Source of the DNA: Octopus bimaculoides
Lineage: Eukaryota
Direction: 5' to 3'
NCBI RefSeq assembly: GCF_001194135.2
Contig: NC_068992.1
Coordinates: 58,268,980-58,317,395, forward strand
Length of the DNA stretch: 48,416 bases
The position numbers and the translations under genes were made by a program. Each line of letters opens with the position of its first letter. The first letter of the stretch is position 1. This document shows, piece after piece, positions 12,739 through 24,592 of the stretch. Under the pieces are notes generated by a model. The model searched no databases. It worked only from the letters and a program-made list of their open reading frames with translations, and was not told the origin of the DNA.

Positions 12739-13786
12739 ATAAAGCCACGTTATCTTTGTGTGAAACTAAAGACTGAAGAGGTTTAATAAGACTGAAACAT
12801 GACTGGATTTATCATTGTACTGTTGCAAATCAGACATGTCACTGACAGCATGGTTTTACTTTTTAATCTAATTTTATGTAGTTTGAATTCAGAGTTATTT
12901 CCCCTGTCAGTTAATAGTTCTTCCTCTTCACCACGAATGTAATTATGATTAATTAAAATTTTTGTCTCATTTCAAATAAGTACATTAGCATCAACCTTAT
13001 TTATACATTGGCTATTATATATACACTGGTGTCATATAAAAACAAAAACAAAACAAATAAAACAAAAGCAATTGTTCAGTTGTAAGTAGTAAAAATAATA
13101 ATAATAATAATAATAATAACAATAACAATAACAACAAAATTGACAGTTTAGCAAATGTACAACTAATTATTATTAGTTTTCTACTATATACCAAACTATC
13201 ATTAATGAATATTTAGCTCACTTTTAGCTAATTAGCAGTTTAGTAATTACTAACAAATATAAGCACAGTGTTTATTAATGACTATTTAGCACTAGTAGAG
13301 GCCATTTAAATAATAGGGACTAAGTTCTGTTAGAGCTATCAAATAATTCACTAATTATTTATCACCAAACTGGTACATCTATCCTCATTTCTCACAGGGG
13401 TTGGGTTCCAAAGCAACGCAGTGATGAATGAATCATCTCCACACACTTTGTCAATGGAAGGAATTGCTATGTTCATTTCACCAAACTTGTGGCATACAGC
13501 AGCAAAGCTTCCGTTGCCACATATTTCCTTGGTCATCTCTACCTTTTCCCTGAAGAGAATACACTCATCTGTGTCAGCTGCCTTTGTGTTTTTTCTGTTT
13601 GCTGATCCCATGTTGATCTGCTTACAAAAAAATTAAAATAATATCCAGCCTTGCAGCACAGTCATGCAAATACATGTGTAGTGACGTCATATGGCGCCAA
13701 AAAGGCATAGTCGCCATTGCTGCATCCTTAACCACGCATGCGTGGATTTCAACGTCCAAGTGTTCCCGCTTAATTCTGTCTCTTAC

Positions 13787-13995
13787 CACGCCAGACAGCG
13801 AACAAGCAAGACGGTCTAAAACAAGCTCTCATTGAGTGTGGAAGAAGCAAGTTGTCTCTCCAACGATTCATCTCTAGGGACAGTACATCTACATGCAGGC
13901 TACTCCGAAACCGGACAATTGGAAGCTGTATATTTTCCTCCATAAATAAATATTGTTGTTGTTGATCAGTTTGGAGTTCTGCGTTCCGTTCACTT
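13787..13995 (-). CDS. Candidate 209-nt exon (open phase 2 to 1), or start of a terminal exon/3'UTR
   Basis: Acceptor ctttcttatattaaattAG|AAGTGA and donor GGCGTG|GTAAGA. One frame open (SERNAELQTDQQQQYLFMEENIQLPIVRF...LFAVWR). Joined in phase 0 to the 16538 exon it gives K-stop. Confidence 0.25.
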
Positions 13996-15535
13996 CTAAT
14001 TTAATATAAGAAAGTCAGGTGTACATCTAATGATGTATAACCCACTTTCCTAAACATGCAATATGCAGTGCCTTCTGGGTGGCTCAGCATGGTGAATGGT
14101 TGCCAGGGTGTATCTTAGCAGTACAAGCAGAAACTTCAACTGATTTCTGATCTGTGTTATCGCAGATTAATCCATGATTAGCATAACAAGGTTTACAATG
14201 AGTGTGCTGTGTTATCCCAGATTAGCAATGAAGGAATTAATGATAAATGAAGCTACATGTGCTTGTACCATTGGTACTATAATAAACTAACACTAGTATA
14301 ATTAGTAGAAAGTTTAGTAAAGGCTGTTAAACATCACTATAGCAACAGAAGTGCAGAAACAATATGCCAGCGATTATGAAATAAGCTTCAAGTGTTATTT
14401 TATAAAATGAGTTGTACATTTAAATGTCAGTATACTGTGTTTGTGTTCTGAATGCAATTAAAAATGTTTAGTCTTGTTTAGAACAAAAATCAGACTCTCA
14501 AAAAGACAATATAGGGCTGACAACTGTAAAAATCATGTTTTTCATTTAAGCAGGCATAACTGTGTGGTTAGGAAGTTTGCTTCCCAACCATGTGGTATTG
14601 AATTCAATTTCATAGCATGACACCTTGGGCAAGTATCTTCTACTAAAGACAATAGCAGATCAATGCCTTGTGTCTCAATTTGGTAGACAGAAACTATACA
14701 AAGCATGTTGTGTGCATGCATGCTTACAGTATGCGTTGTAAAATATACATGCATACATACTTACATTACATACAAACTTGCATACATGCTGGAAGTCGAT
14801 TTGTGACCAAGTAAGACCACTTCTTAAACCTGTTTCACTTTAAGAAACATCTCATATTACTGATGATATCTCATATGGCTCCTAAGGTTTGCAAGGGACC
14901 TACAAGTCATTCCACACCAACTACAAGTCAGGCCTTGCAACAATAGCCTGGATCTACAATATCAAGTGAGCTCACTGGCTGACCCACGAATTCTGCTACA
15001 CAATGTGCATGAGAGAACATGCTGGATACTGCATTGGTAGGCGAGATTACCATTGTGACTGTGCTTGTGGTTCAGTAGGTTAGCCTTCGAGAAGCAGATA
15101 CATGCATACATAGGTCATCATCATTCATTTAACATCTAATTTTTCGTGCTTGAATAGATCAAACAGAAATTCTGGAGACAGTTTTTCACATGGCTGGTTG
15201 CCCTTCCTGTCACCAACCATCACCTGTAATATATTCCAATATGTTCTTCATGGAAGACTGGAAACGAACAACCTTGCTTGTATGATGATGATGCTTATTT
15301 ATAACCATCATGAGATGTTTAGACAAGGACACAAGGCACACACACACACACACACACGCACATGAACTTTTTTTGGTTTCCATCTACTTCGTCTGCTCAC
15401 AAGACTTTGATTGACCAAGGAGTAGAGTAGAAGACACTTGCCTAAGGCTCCACACAGTGGGACTGAACCCAAGACTAAATGGGTAGGAAGCAAGCTTCTC
15501 AACCACACAGCCATGTCCACACCAGTAGTTATACT

Positions 15536-15574
<39 letters not shown>

Positions 15575-15850
15575 ATGTGTGTGTTTGAATGTTTAAATTC
15601 TGTGCTTTGCATTGAAAAATCATCGATATTTCCCTGTAAACAATTCATTCAAATGTAAAAAGAATGAAATGTTTTTTATTGGGAAAACATACTGGAAAGA
15701 TATCAAACTGTGAAATAATGGTTTCAAATTTTGACACAAGGCCAACAATTTTGGGGAAAGAGTAAGTCGATTATATCGACCCCCAGTGCTCAACTGGTAC
15801 TCATATTATCAACCCCAAAAAGATGAAAAGCAAAGTCGACTTCATAATGT

Positions 15851-15901
15851 AAAGATGGATGCCATTAAAGATGGATGCCACTAAAGATGGATGCCACTAA
15901 A
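15851..15901. repeat. 16-bp unit triplicated inside a SINE
   Basis: aaagatggatgcca(t/c)t x3. Confidence 0.9.
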
Positions 15902-16537
15902 CATTTTGCTCAATCTGCTAATGATTCTGTCAGCTGACCGTCTTCCAGCTGTGAAATAATGCCTTAGTAATATATCTGGCTAACACTCAAGCTAATATGA
16001 AAAAAGCAAAAAAATGAATGACATGTGGTCTTACACAACTTCACTGAAGTTAGGACTATGCATACCATCTAATCAGGTTGCATAAATATATGTCTATAAA
16101 CAAAGTCTATTGTCTGGTTGTGTAGATTAGACAATAAATGGAGAAAAACATGTGTGTAAAAGTACTGTGGAATGATGGTAAGTAGTTGGTGAGTAAAATC
16201 TAAGCTTCTGCTCAATTCCCTGCTGAAATCTTTTTCATTTTTTTTATTTACTTGCTATTTTATATATGTATATATATCTGCAATGATACACTACATGAAG
16301 TTGAAGCCTTTGGTAGTGACTCAATGATTCATTAAGAGCCACAAGACATGTTAATTTTCATTGTATGTTTTTGAAGAAGAAAAAAATGTATAGAAAATAT
16401 GATATTGGCAGAGGTTGTGCAGTACATTTTGGATGTAGGCTTTTAACTAAAATAAAAAAAAATAAAAAGATAAAAAAAAACATGCCAGTTATTGATTAGT
16501 AAGCACCATTACAAGAGCAACAAACAGAATTAACTAC

Positions 16538-16858
16538 CTGAACTTCTCTACCATCCAACTGAAGGTCATGTTCAAAGGCATTGTCCTTCTCCAGTTTGTT
16601 TTCATTATTCAAGTCACCCTTAAAGAAATCTGGAGGTAATTTGTTTTCTATGACTCCGTGGTGGTCATTGGGAAGCTCACGTCCAGCAAGATTGTCTTCA
16701 ACATTGACCCTCTCCAGTGGTTGGTTTCCCTCATTATTCAGGCCATTGTTGAGGTCGAAGTCAGGAGGTATTTTGTTATTGCCATGTCTTCGGTTGCTAA
16801 GCATGTGGAGAATCTCTTTGTCCTCATTTGGCTGATTGGCATCAGCATTGTCATCATC
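16538..16858 (-). CDS. Internal coding exon (107 aa, phase 0-0) of an unidentified acidic, Asn/Asp-rich low-complexity protein
   Basis: Minus strand: acceptor ttcctgtactctttgattctcAG|GATGATGAC and donor GAAGTTCAG|GTAGTT. 321 nt open: DDDNADANQPNEDKEILHML...NKIPPDF...NKLPPDF...HDLQLDGREVQ. Unique, non-TE-like composition. Product not recognised. Confidence 0.72.
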
Positions 16859-16974
16859 CTGAGAATCAAAGAGTACAGGAATTAGTTTAACGAGTCGCCA
16901 AATCATAAAATAGGTAATACAAGAGATGACAGGCATCTTGTTTCTCCATTTACATAGCTGACAGCTATGGCATG

Positions 16975-17260
16975 AAGACATATGGCAAAGTGGTTTGGGG
17001 TGTTGGGCTTGTGAACATCAGATCATGGGTTCACATCTCAGCACATCCTTGAACAAAACACTTCATTTCATGCTACTTCAGTTCCATTCAGCTGAAAATG
17101 AAATGAAAACCAGTGATAGCTGTTGGAGGAAGAAGTTAACGTGATGATGGACTAGCATTCCATTCAGGGGAAGTTTGTACTCTCAGTGACTTAAATGTCA
17201 CAGAAACCAAAATAAGCTCTGACCTAACGGGCCTGTACATTCAAAACAAAAAAGCTATGG
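16975..17260 (+). mobile_element. Decayed CORE-like tRNA SINE
   Basis: tggcaaagtggt...gggttcacatctc...tccttgaacaaaacacttcatttc. A related minus copy lies at ~40740-40985, another SINE at ~8980-9215. Confidence 0.6.
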
Positions 17261-17304
17261 GGGTGGGTGGTGTCTTTTATGTCACATTCCTGAATGTGTT
17301 TCAG

Positions 17305-17362
<58 letters not shown>

Positions 17363-17699
17363 TCCTGAAACAATTGTATAATTGTATATTAGTTTCTTGA
17401 GAAGATTCTCCTAACACTAACTAATCTGTTGCAAATTACAAACAGATTTTATTTATCTATCATTATCTAAAAAATCACTGAACACACTACAACCGTTAAC
17501 TCACTGACATACTGTATCCTCCTCTACTGGGACAAGAATGACACATGCTTCCTTCAATTAGCAAGTTGTGTACCACCATCACCCTGCATCTAAGCCTACC
17601 TGATACAACAAGCCATTCAGAGAATTTCTATGTAGTTGTTTGACTGGCAAGAAAATGCAAAACACATTCCACCAATTTTTTTTTAAATGGACCAAAATT

Positions 17700-18160
17700 G
17701 GTTAATAATCCTGGATGGTTTGTCTGAAAATAAGATAGGGTAGTCATAGCTGGAACACTTTTGATCAAAGGTTTAATCAATCTGGGTTGACCTGGAAACA
17801 ACAACAACCTTTCTTTTTTTTTTTTTTGCCCTCTACAGTTACTGACGTCCACAAACTCTGCGCAAAATGCTCCACCAGGCTCTTTCATCACAGCGCCACA
17901 GCTACCTACACTTCTCTTTTTAAACCTAAGCGACACTGAAAGAATGTCTATGCAGCAGCTAGACCTGCAAGAAATAATAGCCAGGTCTTCCTCAAATCAC
18001 ATCTTACCATTACAAAAAAAAGATACATTAGACAATGTGGTCTAAGGTACACTGCCTGAAAAAAAAAACGAAAAAAAAAAACAAGCAGGGTGTCCATAAC
18101 TGAAACAGTTACAGGTTGATTCAATCAGGCTTTAACCAAGGGCTAAACAACAACAACAAC
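17700..18160. repeat. Interspersed repeat of unresolved class
   Basis: Recognisable repeat-like block ctagacctgcaagaaataatagccaggtcttcctcaaatcacatcttacc (recognition only). Confidence 0.4.
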
Positions 18161-18289
18161 AACTTCCTTCTTGTCCAAGTTTGTTCCCCTCACACAGCAA
18201 CCTGAAAAAAACTTACATTTAAATTGTCATCACTCAATTCAGATTGGTGTATTATAGTAACTATTTAGACTAATAGTTTGTCTGGCACT

Positions 18290-20110
18290 GTATTCTGCCG
18301 AGTCACTGTCCTTTGTCATCTCCTCTGTGAGGTTCAGTCTCTTGAAATCAGTTTTACCCCTTTCTCTTATGTCTTCCTTAGTCTTCTACTCCCATAACTT
18401 CCATCCACAAAATGCACTATTTTTTTCATGCAACTGATATCTTCCATACACATTATGTAGTTATACCAGCACAGCCTTTTCTCTTGTTCACATTTAATTC
18501 CTCTTATGTCAGTTTTTCTCTCAGCTCATTTGTGTCCCATTATTCATCCAACAAAGTAAGCTTACTTCATTTCTTTTCAACCTTTGCAAATCTTCTGCAT
18601 TCACAACCCATGTCTCACTATCCTGCAGCATTGCACATTGTACAAAAGCATCATACAAACTGCCCTTCCCTTTTAGAAAGAAATCTTTTGTTTCAACTGA
18701 GTTAATAGTAACCATGCCGTTGGCACATTCACCTCCACTGCTAAATATGTCTACATAATAAAAACTATCAACTCTTTCTAGGAAGCCTTCATAGCATCTG
18801 AAGGAATTCATCTAAGGGGCACTCTTACTGTTAACTACTGCTGTACATCAAGCATAAATGAAATCTTTTGCTGTCAGCTTCCTTGTGATTCCAATACATC
18901 AAGAAGTCTCTGCTAACAAATGAATGAGATTTGTGGGTCTCTGCATCTTGTCTCTTTCTAATCAGTTTTACTATAACCCTTTCAGCAACTTTCAAAACTT
19001 GGTTCATCACTTAAATGGCTCTGTAGTTGTTTCTCTAGAGTTTCTACTTTGTCCTTGTAGCAGTTGTTGGTGGAACTGTTACACTATGATAGTTTTCAGT
19101 GTTACATGGTTGACAATGTAAGTGAGTTACATTGTTAGATATTTCAAGCATCTCAGCGACTATCACTGCTGATCCAGTTTTCTTTCCTTATTTCTTCATT
19201 GCCCACAAGGGGCTAAACATAGAGGGGACAAACAAGGACAGACAAAGGGATTAAGTCGATTAGATCTACCCCAGTGCGTAACTGGTACTTAATTTATCGA
19301 CCCCGAAAGGATGAAAGGCAAAGTCGACCTCGGCGGAATTTGAACTCAGAACGTAAAGGGAGACGAAATAACGCTAAGCATTTCGCCCGGTGTGCTAACG
19401 ATTCTGCCAGCTCGCCGCCTTCCAGTTTTCTTTCCTGCCTTCATTTCCATAATGGTGCTTTCAACTATATGGGTTTCAATTTCAATGGTCTGAAGTCCTT
19501 CTGTAATATCCACTTGAGGTAAACTTTCTTTTTCTCTCTCTCTCACCCTCCTCATTCAGCAACCTCTTACAACAGTATCTTCATGTTTATTTCTGATTGG
19601 CATCAGTGAGAGCAAGTGTGCTGCTCTCATTTAACACACACTTCTTCCTCATTGCCGTCTCAATTATCTCTAGCACCACTATCTTACATTACAAAGAAAA
19701 ACAAAACAAATAGAAAAAAAAAATACCTCATGCCTCATATTGCAGAGCATATTATAAACCTCTTACTTTTAACTTTTTCCCTCGTTAAGTATAGCTGACA
19801 TCTACACACTTGATACTGATCTCTGGTGGCCCTTCCTTCTACTCATTCCATATTTGTTTCTTAGCTTTTATAGTGCAATCTATAGTACAATTCCACCATG
19901 ATGTCACTTCCCATCTGGCTGGGATCTTGCATCAGCCAAAAATCTGGTTTGTAGTTTTCTGCAGGGTATCTTATAGACACTTCCAACTATCCTTTAAATC
20001 TCTATCTCTTCCCCCTGATGTCATATATAAGTTAACTAACACTTTTCTGAACATGTACTGGTCAAGAGCTTTTCTCATCTTCTTTCTTCAGGATGTTTAG
20101 TGACTAATCA
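18290..20110 (-). mobile_element. Highly decayed RTE LINE remnants, interrupted by a young SINE
   Basis: KGSLYDAFVQCAMLQDSETWVV (matches the 11.8-kb copy). STIMEMKAGKKTG. W..LK/TWWWN-like region near 19.9 kb. Confidence 0.7.
19189..19420 (-). mobile_element. Young full-length tRNA-derived SINE (main family, tail variant 3) with a 16-bp TSD
   Basis: Head aaggcggcgagctggcagaatcgttagc, B-box gagttcaaattcc, core gcctttcatcctttcggggtcgataaattaagtaccag. TSD tccagttttctttcct at 19173-19188 and 19421-19436. CpGs retained. Confidence 0.92.
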
Positions 20111-20479
20111 TTACTAGCCTATATTAGGTGATCTGTTTGTTAGAAAGAGAAACACTTAGCATCCATAACCATCTGTCTATTATGTTTTCTATTGAGCATG
20201 AAGTCTATCAGGCTTTTGTATTTGCTTAATTAATAACTGATCAGGTAGCTGACTGGTTTCCTTAGGTTAGCGTTGCAATGTTTTACAGACACACACACAC
20301 ACATGCATATATTCTGATGCATATTCATCTGTATTCAAATGTGTGTGTGTGTATAAGACTCATTAAGCCAAGTGAAATCATGGAAGTGGTCAGTGCTGGT
20401 GACACATAAAAGGTACCCACTACACTTTTTGAGTGGTTGGCTTTAGGAAGGGCATCCAACCATAGAAATCAAGTCAAAT

Positions 20480-20640
20480 CTGGATGGGAGTAAGGAAGAT
20501 TTCCAGAGGCTCAACATTATCTTGGCCCCATTGTCGTGGAGTTTGTCAGCTTCTTCATCTACCTGGGCTCCACAGTCACCAACAATGGAGAGCTGACCTT
20601 GGGTCACCTACTGCAGATGTGGTCTGGATGTAGAAGGGCA
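20480..20640 (+). mobile_element. LINE RT fragment
   Basis: VEFVSFFIYLGSTVTNNGEL reading. Confidence 0.55.
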
Positions 20641-20886
20641 GGCATGGACCTGGTCAGCTCTACACATGATGACATCTCTGGGACCACTAACCGGGGTTGA
20701 CCCCAGCCCCATCAAGCAAGAGCATGAAACAAACAAAAAGCAAGCAAGAAGCACACACACACACACACACACACACCATCCTATTTGTAAGTCTTTGGGA
20801 ATGTGATGTGTGTGTGAGAACAAGAATGTATGCAGGAAGACATTAAGTGTGTGTGTGTGTGTATGTGTATGTATGTTTGTATGTAT

Positions 20887-20928
<42 letters not shown>

Positions 20929-21610
20929 NNNNNNNNNNNNNNNNNNNNNNNNNNNNNNNNNNNNNNNNNNNNNNNNNNNNNNNNNNNNNNNNNNNNNNNN
21001 NNNNNNNNNNNNNNNNNNNNNNNNNNNNNNNNNNNNNNNNNNNNNNNNNNNNNNNNNNNNNNNNNNNNNNNNNNNNNNNNNNNNNNNNNNNNNNNNNNNN
21101 NNNNNNNNNNNNNNNNNNNNNNNNNNNNNNNNNNNNNNNNNNNNNNNNNNNNNNNNNNNNNNNNNNNNNNNNNNNNNNNNNNNNNNNNNNNNNNNNNNNN
21201 NNNNNNNNNNNNNNNNNNNNNNNNNNNNNNNNNNNNNNNNNNNNNNNNNNNNNNNNNNNNNNNNNNNNNNNNNNNNNNNNNNNNNNNNNNNNNNNNNNNN
21301 NNNNNNNNNNNNNNNNNNNNNNNNNNNNNNNNNNNNNNNNNNNNNNNNNNNNNNNNNNNNNNNNNNNNNNNNNNNNNNNNNNNNNNNNNNNNNNNNNNNN
21401 NNNNNNNNNNNNNNNNNNNNNNNNNNNNNNNNNNNNNNNNNNNNNNNNNNNNNNNNNNNNNNNNNNNNNNNNNNNNNNNNNNNNNNNNNNNNNNNNNNNN
21501 NNNNNNNNNNNNNNNNNNNNNNNNNNNNNNNNNNNNNNNNNNNNNNNNNNNNNNNNNNNNNNNNNNNNNNNNNNNNNNNNNNNNNNNNNNNNNNNNNNNN
21601 NNNNNNNNNN
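20929..21610. other. Assembly gap (others: 1225-1367, 32651-33359, 35661-35758, 38739-39141)
   Basis: N runs, mostly bordered by (TA)n or (AAT)n, or by a palindrome. Confidence 0.99.
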
Positions 21611-22783
21611 TATATATATATATATATATATATATTTACGTACACAGTTATATGTAAATATTACTTGCACATTCTGATCATATATATATGTGTGTGTGCA
21701 AGTACATCTTTAATACTCTTAGAATTTATTGAAATATTTGAGTAGTGATACAATTTTTCATTGCTTTTTGCTTGTGTTTGTGTATTTATATAGTCTTGTA
21801 TAGATAGGATCAGTGTTGCAATGAATAAAGACTTTCACTTGAGAGGGAAAAGAAAGTGATTATGATAGAAGAGGGGTGGGGAGGAGAAAGAGAGAGTAAG
21901 AAAGAGAGCATGAGGCAGTGTGCCTGTGTGGTATATACGTTGAAAACGATGTTGAATATATAAAATTATAAAATGCAACATTTACATTTTTTTCAACAAG
22001 GAAAACTTTTTTTTAGCACCAATGAATAACGGTTTCTTATATTTAGGACAAGGTCACAGATTTGTAAGAGAGAGAGAGAGAGAGAGAGAGACAGGGACTG
22101 GTGTGTATGTAGTTAGAAGAACAACCTACAAACCATACTTGCTATTTAATTTCATTGAGCCCTGTGAGATTTCAGTAAAATCTGATCCTAGATGGATCTG
22201 ATATCAGAAAGTAGTTGGATAGAATTAAAAAATAAACTATGAAGCATTTAATTTAAAACCATTGTTTCTGCCACTCTTCTAACTTCATACATCTCCTCCA
22301 CTGCCTCCTCCTCCTCCTCTTCCTACTACTACCTTTCTGTTTGTCTGGCTTTCTTTCTCTATCTTTCTGTAACGGTTTATTTCATAGTTTACAAAGCCAA
22401 ACATTCAGGGAGATGGGAACAGTTCATTATATCAGCCCCAGTAATTGACATCCACTTCATTTTATTGATTTAGGAAGGACGAAAGGCAAAACTGAACTTG
22501 GTGAGGTTTGAACTCAGAATATAAAGGATCATAATTAAATACTACAAAATATTTGGTTTGATGAACTCATGATTTGGCTGATCCACCACCCCTGTAATAA
22601 AACTTGTAATAATCCTTTCTACCATAGGAAAAAAACCTGAAATTTTGTGGTGAGAAGGCTAGAGAATAACATTAAATGCAGTAATTTGACTGGTAATTTA
22701 TTTTATTGACTCTCTGCCCTGGAAGGAAGAAAGGCAAAATTGACCACAACAGGATTTGAAATCATACTACTACTACTAACCAC

Positions 22784-22814
<31 letters not shown>

Positions 22815-22817
<3 letters not shown>

Positions 22818-23370
22818 GCCCTGATGCAGTACCAGGCAGTGGCTCTCAAGGTTTCTGATCTTAATTGATTGGAAGTGTTCACATGTACATTGTTTTGTCT
22901 TGGTATTTGCTTGGGCTACAGCAAATATTCTGCTTAATACCACAGATTTGCTTGTCAGTTGCTTGACCGTAACCAGTCGAGCATGTCCCTTGGTGGCTGA
23001 CGATATGTGCATCTCTGATCATGAGCAGAAGTAGTGGGGGAGCATCATAGCCATGTGTTGAGAGGAATTTTTTGGGGTTTGGATAATTCACCTTTGAAAA
23101 CTTAGGTGTTTTGTTTAACATCCTTAAACAACCCTAATTCAGGGACCTTTTGAGTGGGATGGGCTACTCGACCTGAACAAAACTCTAACTGGACCCCACC
23201 TGCAAGGTCATGGGCTGTTCATCTTGATATGAGATCACCATTTCGTGCACATAGGGTTGTGATGCATGTGCCTGGTGTACCCTTATCAGACGGGTAGTCA
23301 TGATGGGTATACTGGGCTTTGTATATTTTACCCCAGTGTCACTTTGATAGCATGCACTGCTTTCTCACTC
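22815..23370. mobile_element. ~555-bp non-coding interspersed element embedded in (AAT)n
   Basis: Higher-GC block with sharp ends (aaatgccctgatgcag...tttctcactc) and (AAT)n on both sides. No ORF or TIR seen. Confidence 0.7.
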
Positions 23371-23599
23371 AATAATAATAATGATAACAAAATTGATTTC
23401 AAATTGTGGTACAAGGCCAGTAATTTCGTTGGAATGGATAAGTCAATTACCTTGACCCCAATGTTCAACTGGTACTTATTCTATGTGCCCTGAATGGATG
23501 AAAGGCAAAGTTGAGCTCAGCAGAATTTGTACTCAGAATGTAAAGCCAGACAAAATGCTGTTAAGTATTTTACCCAGCATGTTAACGACTCTACTCACC

Positions 23600-23631
<32 letters not shown>

Positions 23632-23644
23632 TATAATAATGAAG

Positions 23645-23995
23645 AAAGACAACTGTACCTATGATCATCAGAGGTTTGGGGGTAATGCCAAATGGCACTC
23701 TTGAACACTATGGAAACCCAAAAGTATCAGAATTACAAAAAGTTGTTCTCATGGATACTGTCTACATCCTAAGGAAAACATTGTCAATCTGAGAACACCA
23801 GAGTCTCTTTAAAATCTTTCAGATTTAAAATATTACAAATTTAACAGAATCATGGTCCTCAGAATTTGATCTCCTGTCCTTATAATATATCAGTGCCAAC
23901 CATAAATAACATCTACAGTAAAACATCCAGCCTGCCATTACATGAGGTCTCTGGGTGAGACTTGGAACAGATCATACAATACAAAGCAACAACAG
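23645..23995 (+). mobile_element. RLE-LINE 3' end fragment after (AAT)n
   Basis: IIIG.LG and ELQKVVLM.TVYILRKTLS-like reading, plus the shared 3' motif gaggtctctgggtgagacttgga. Confidence 0.6.
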
Positions 23996-24365
23996 TGTAA
24001 GTAATAATAATAATCCTTTCTACAATAGGTACAAGGCCTGAAATTTTGGGGGAAGGGGCTAGTTGATTACATTGACCCCAGTGTTCCTCTGGTACTTATT
24101 TCATCAACCCCCAAAAAAATGAACGGCAAGATGAACCTTGGTGTATTTTGAACTCAGAATGTAAAGGCGGACAAAATGCGGCGAAGCAATTTTGCCCGGT
24201 GTGCTAATGATTTCACCAGCTTACTGCCTTAATAATGAAACCCATTACTTCAATAGTAATTTATTGATTCTGGAAGGATGAAAGGTAAATTTGATTTTGG
24301 TAAGATTTGAATTCAAACAGTGAAGAACCAGAACACATGCTGCATGGCATCTTTTTCCCGACACT

Positions 24366-24592
24366 TTGACCGCTTAGCATTCAGATTACTCTGTCAAATG
24401 TAATGCTTCTTTATTCTCATTCTTTTGAATTCATCATGCATTATTTTGCAACTTTGATATTGCAATGATGTGATTGTCTATTTTTAGAATGACATTGTAG
24501 GGTAGGTGCAAGTGGCAGGTTCTAACAGTTTGAACATAAAACAAGTAGAATATTTGGGCCAGATATCGTCGGTTTAAATGTTAAAGGATTAA
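24366..24592. mobile_element. MITE-like element with decayed TTAA/CCC-type termini (piggyBac-like)
   Basis: Left ttgaccgcttagcatt, right aatgttaaaggattaa: imperfect inverted termini with TTAA-like flanks. Confidence 0.55.

Noticed and set aside
13351-13611. 86-aa minus ORF with a possible acceptor at ~13618
   Set aside because: No recognisable motif or donor; compatible with UTR or intron.
13640-13900. Programmed frameshift (antizyme-like), readthrough or SECIS explanations for the overlapping frames
   Set aside because: No TCC-TGA site, no antizyme similarity and no SECIS core seen.
16581-16885. Plus-strand ORFs of 84 and 75 aa
   Set aside because: Antisense shadows of the minus-strand exon.
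17839-18045. Strong plus acceptor followed by an open frame of about 68 codons
   Set aside because: It lies in an interspersed repeat, and no convincing donor follows.
18217-18260. Possible 44-nt minus exon (TIIHQSELSDDNLN) upstream of the 321-nt exon
   Set aside because: The donor is good, but the acceptor lacks a pyrimidine tract; not supportable without reads.
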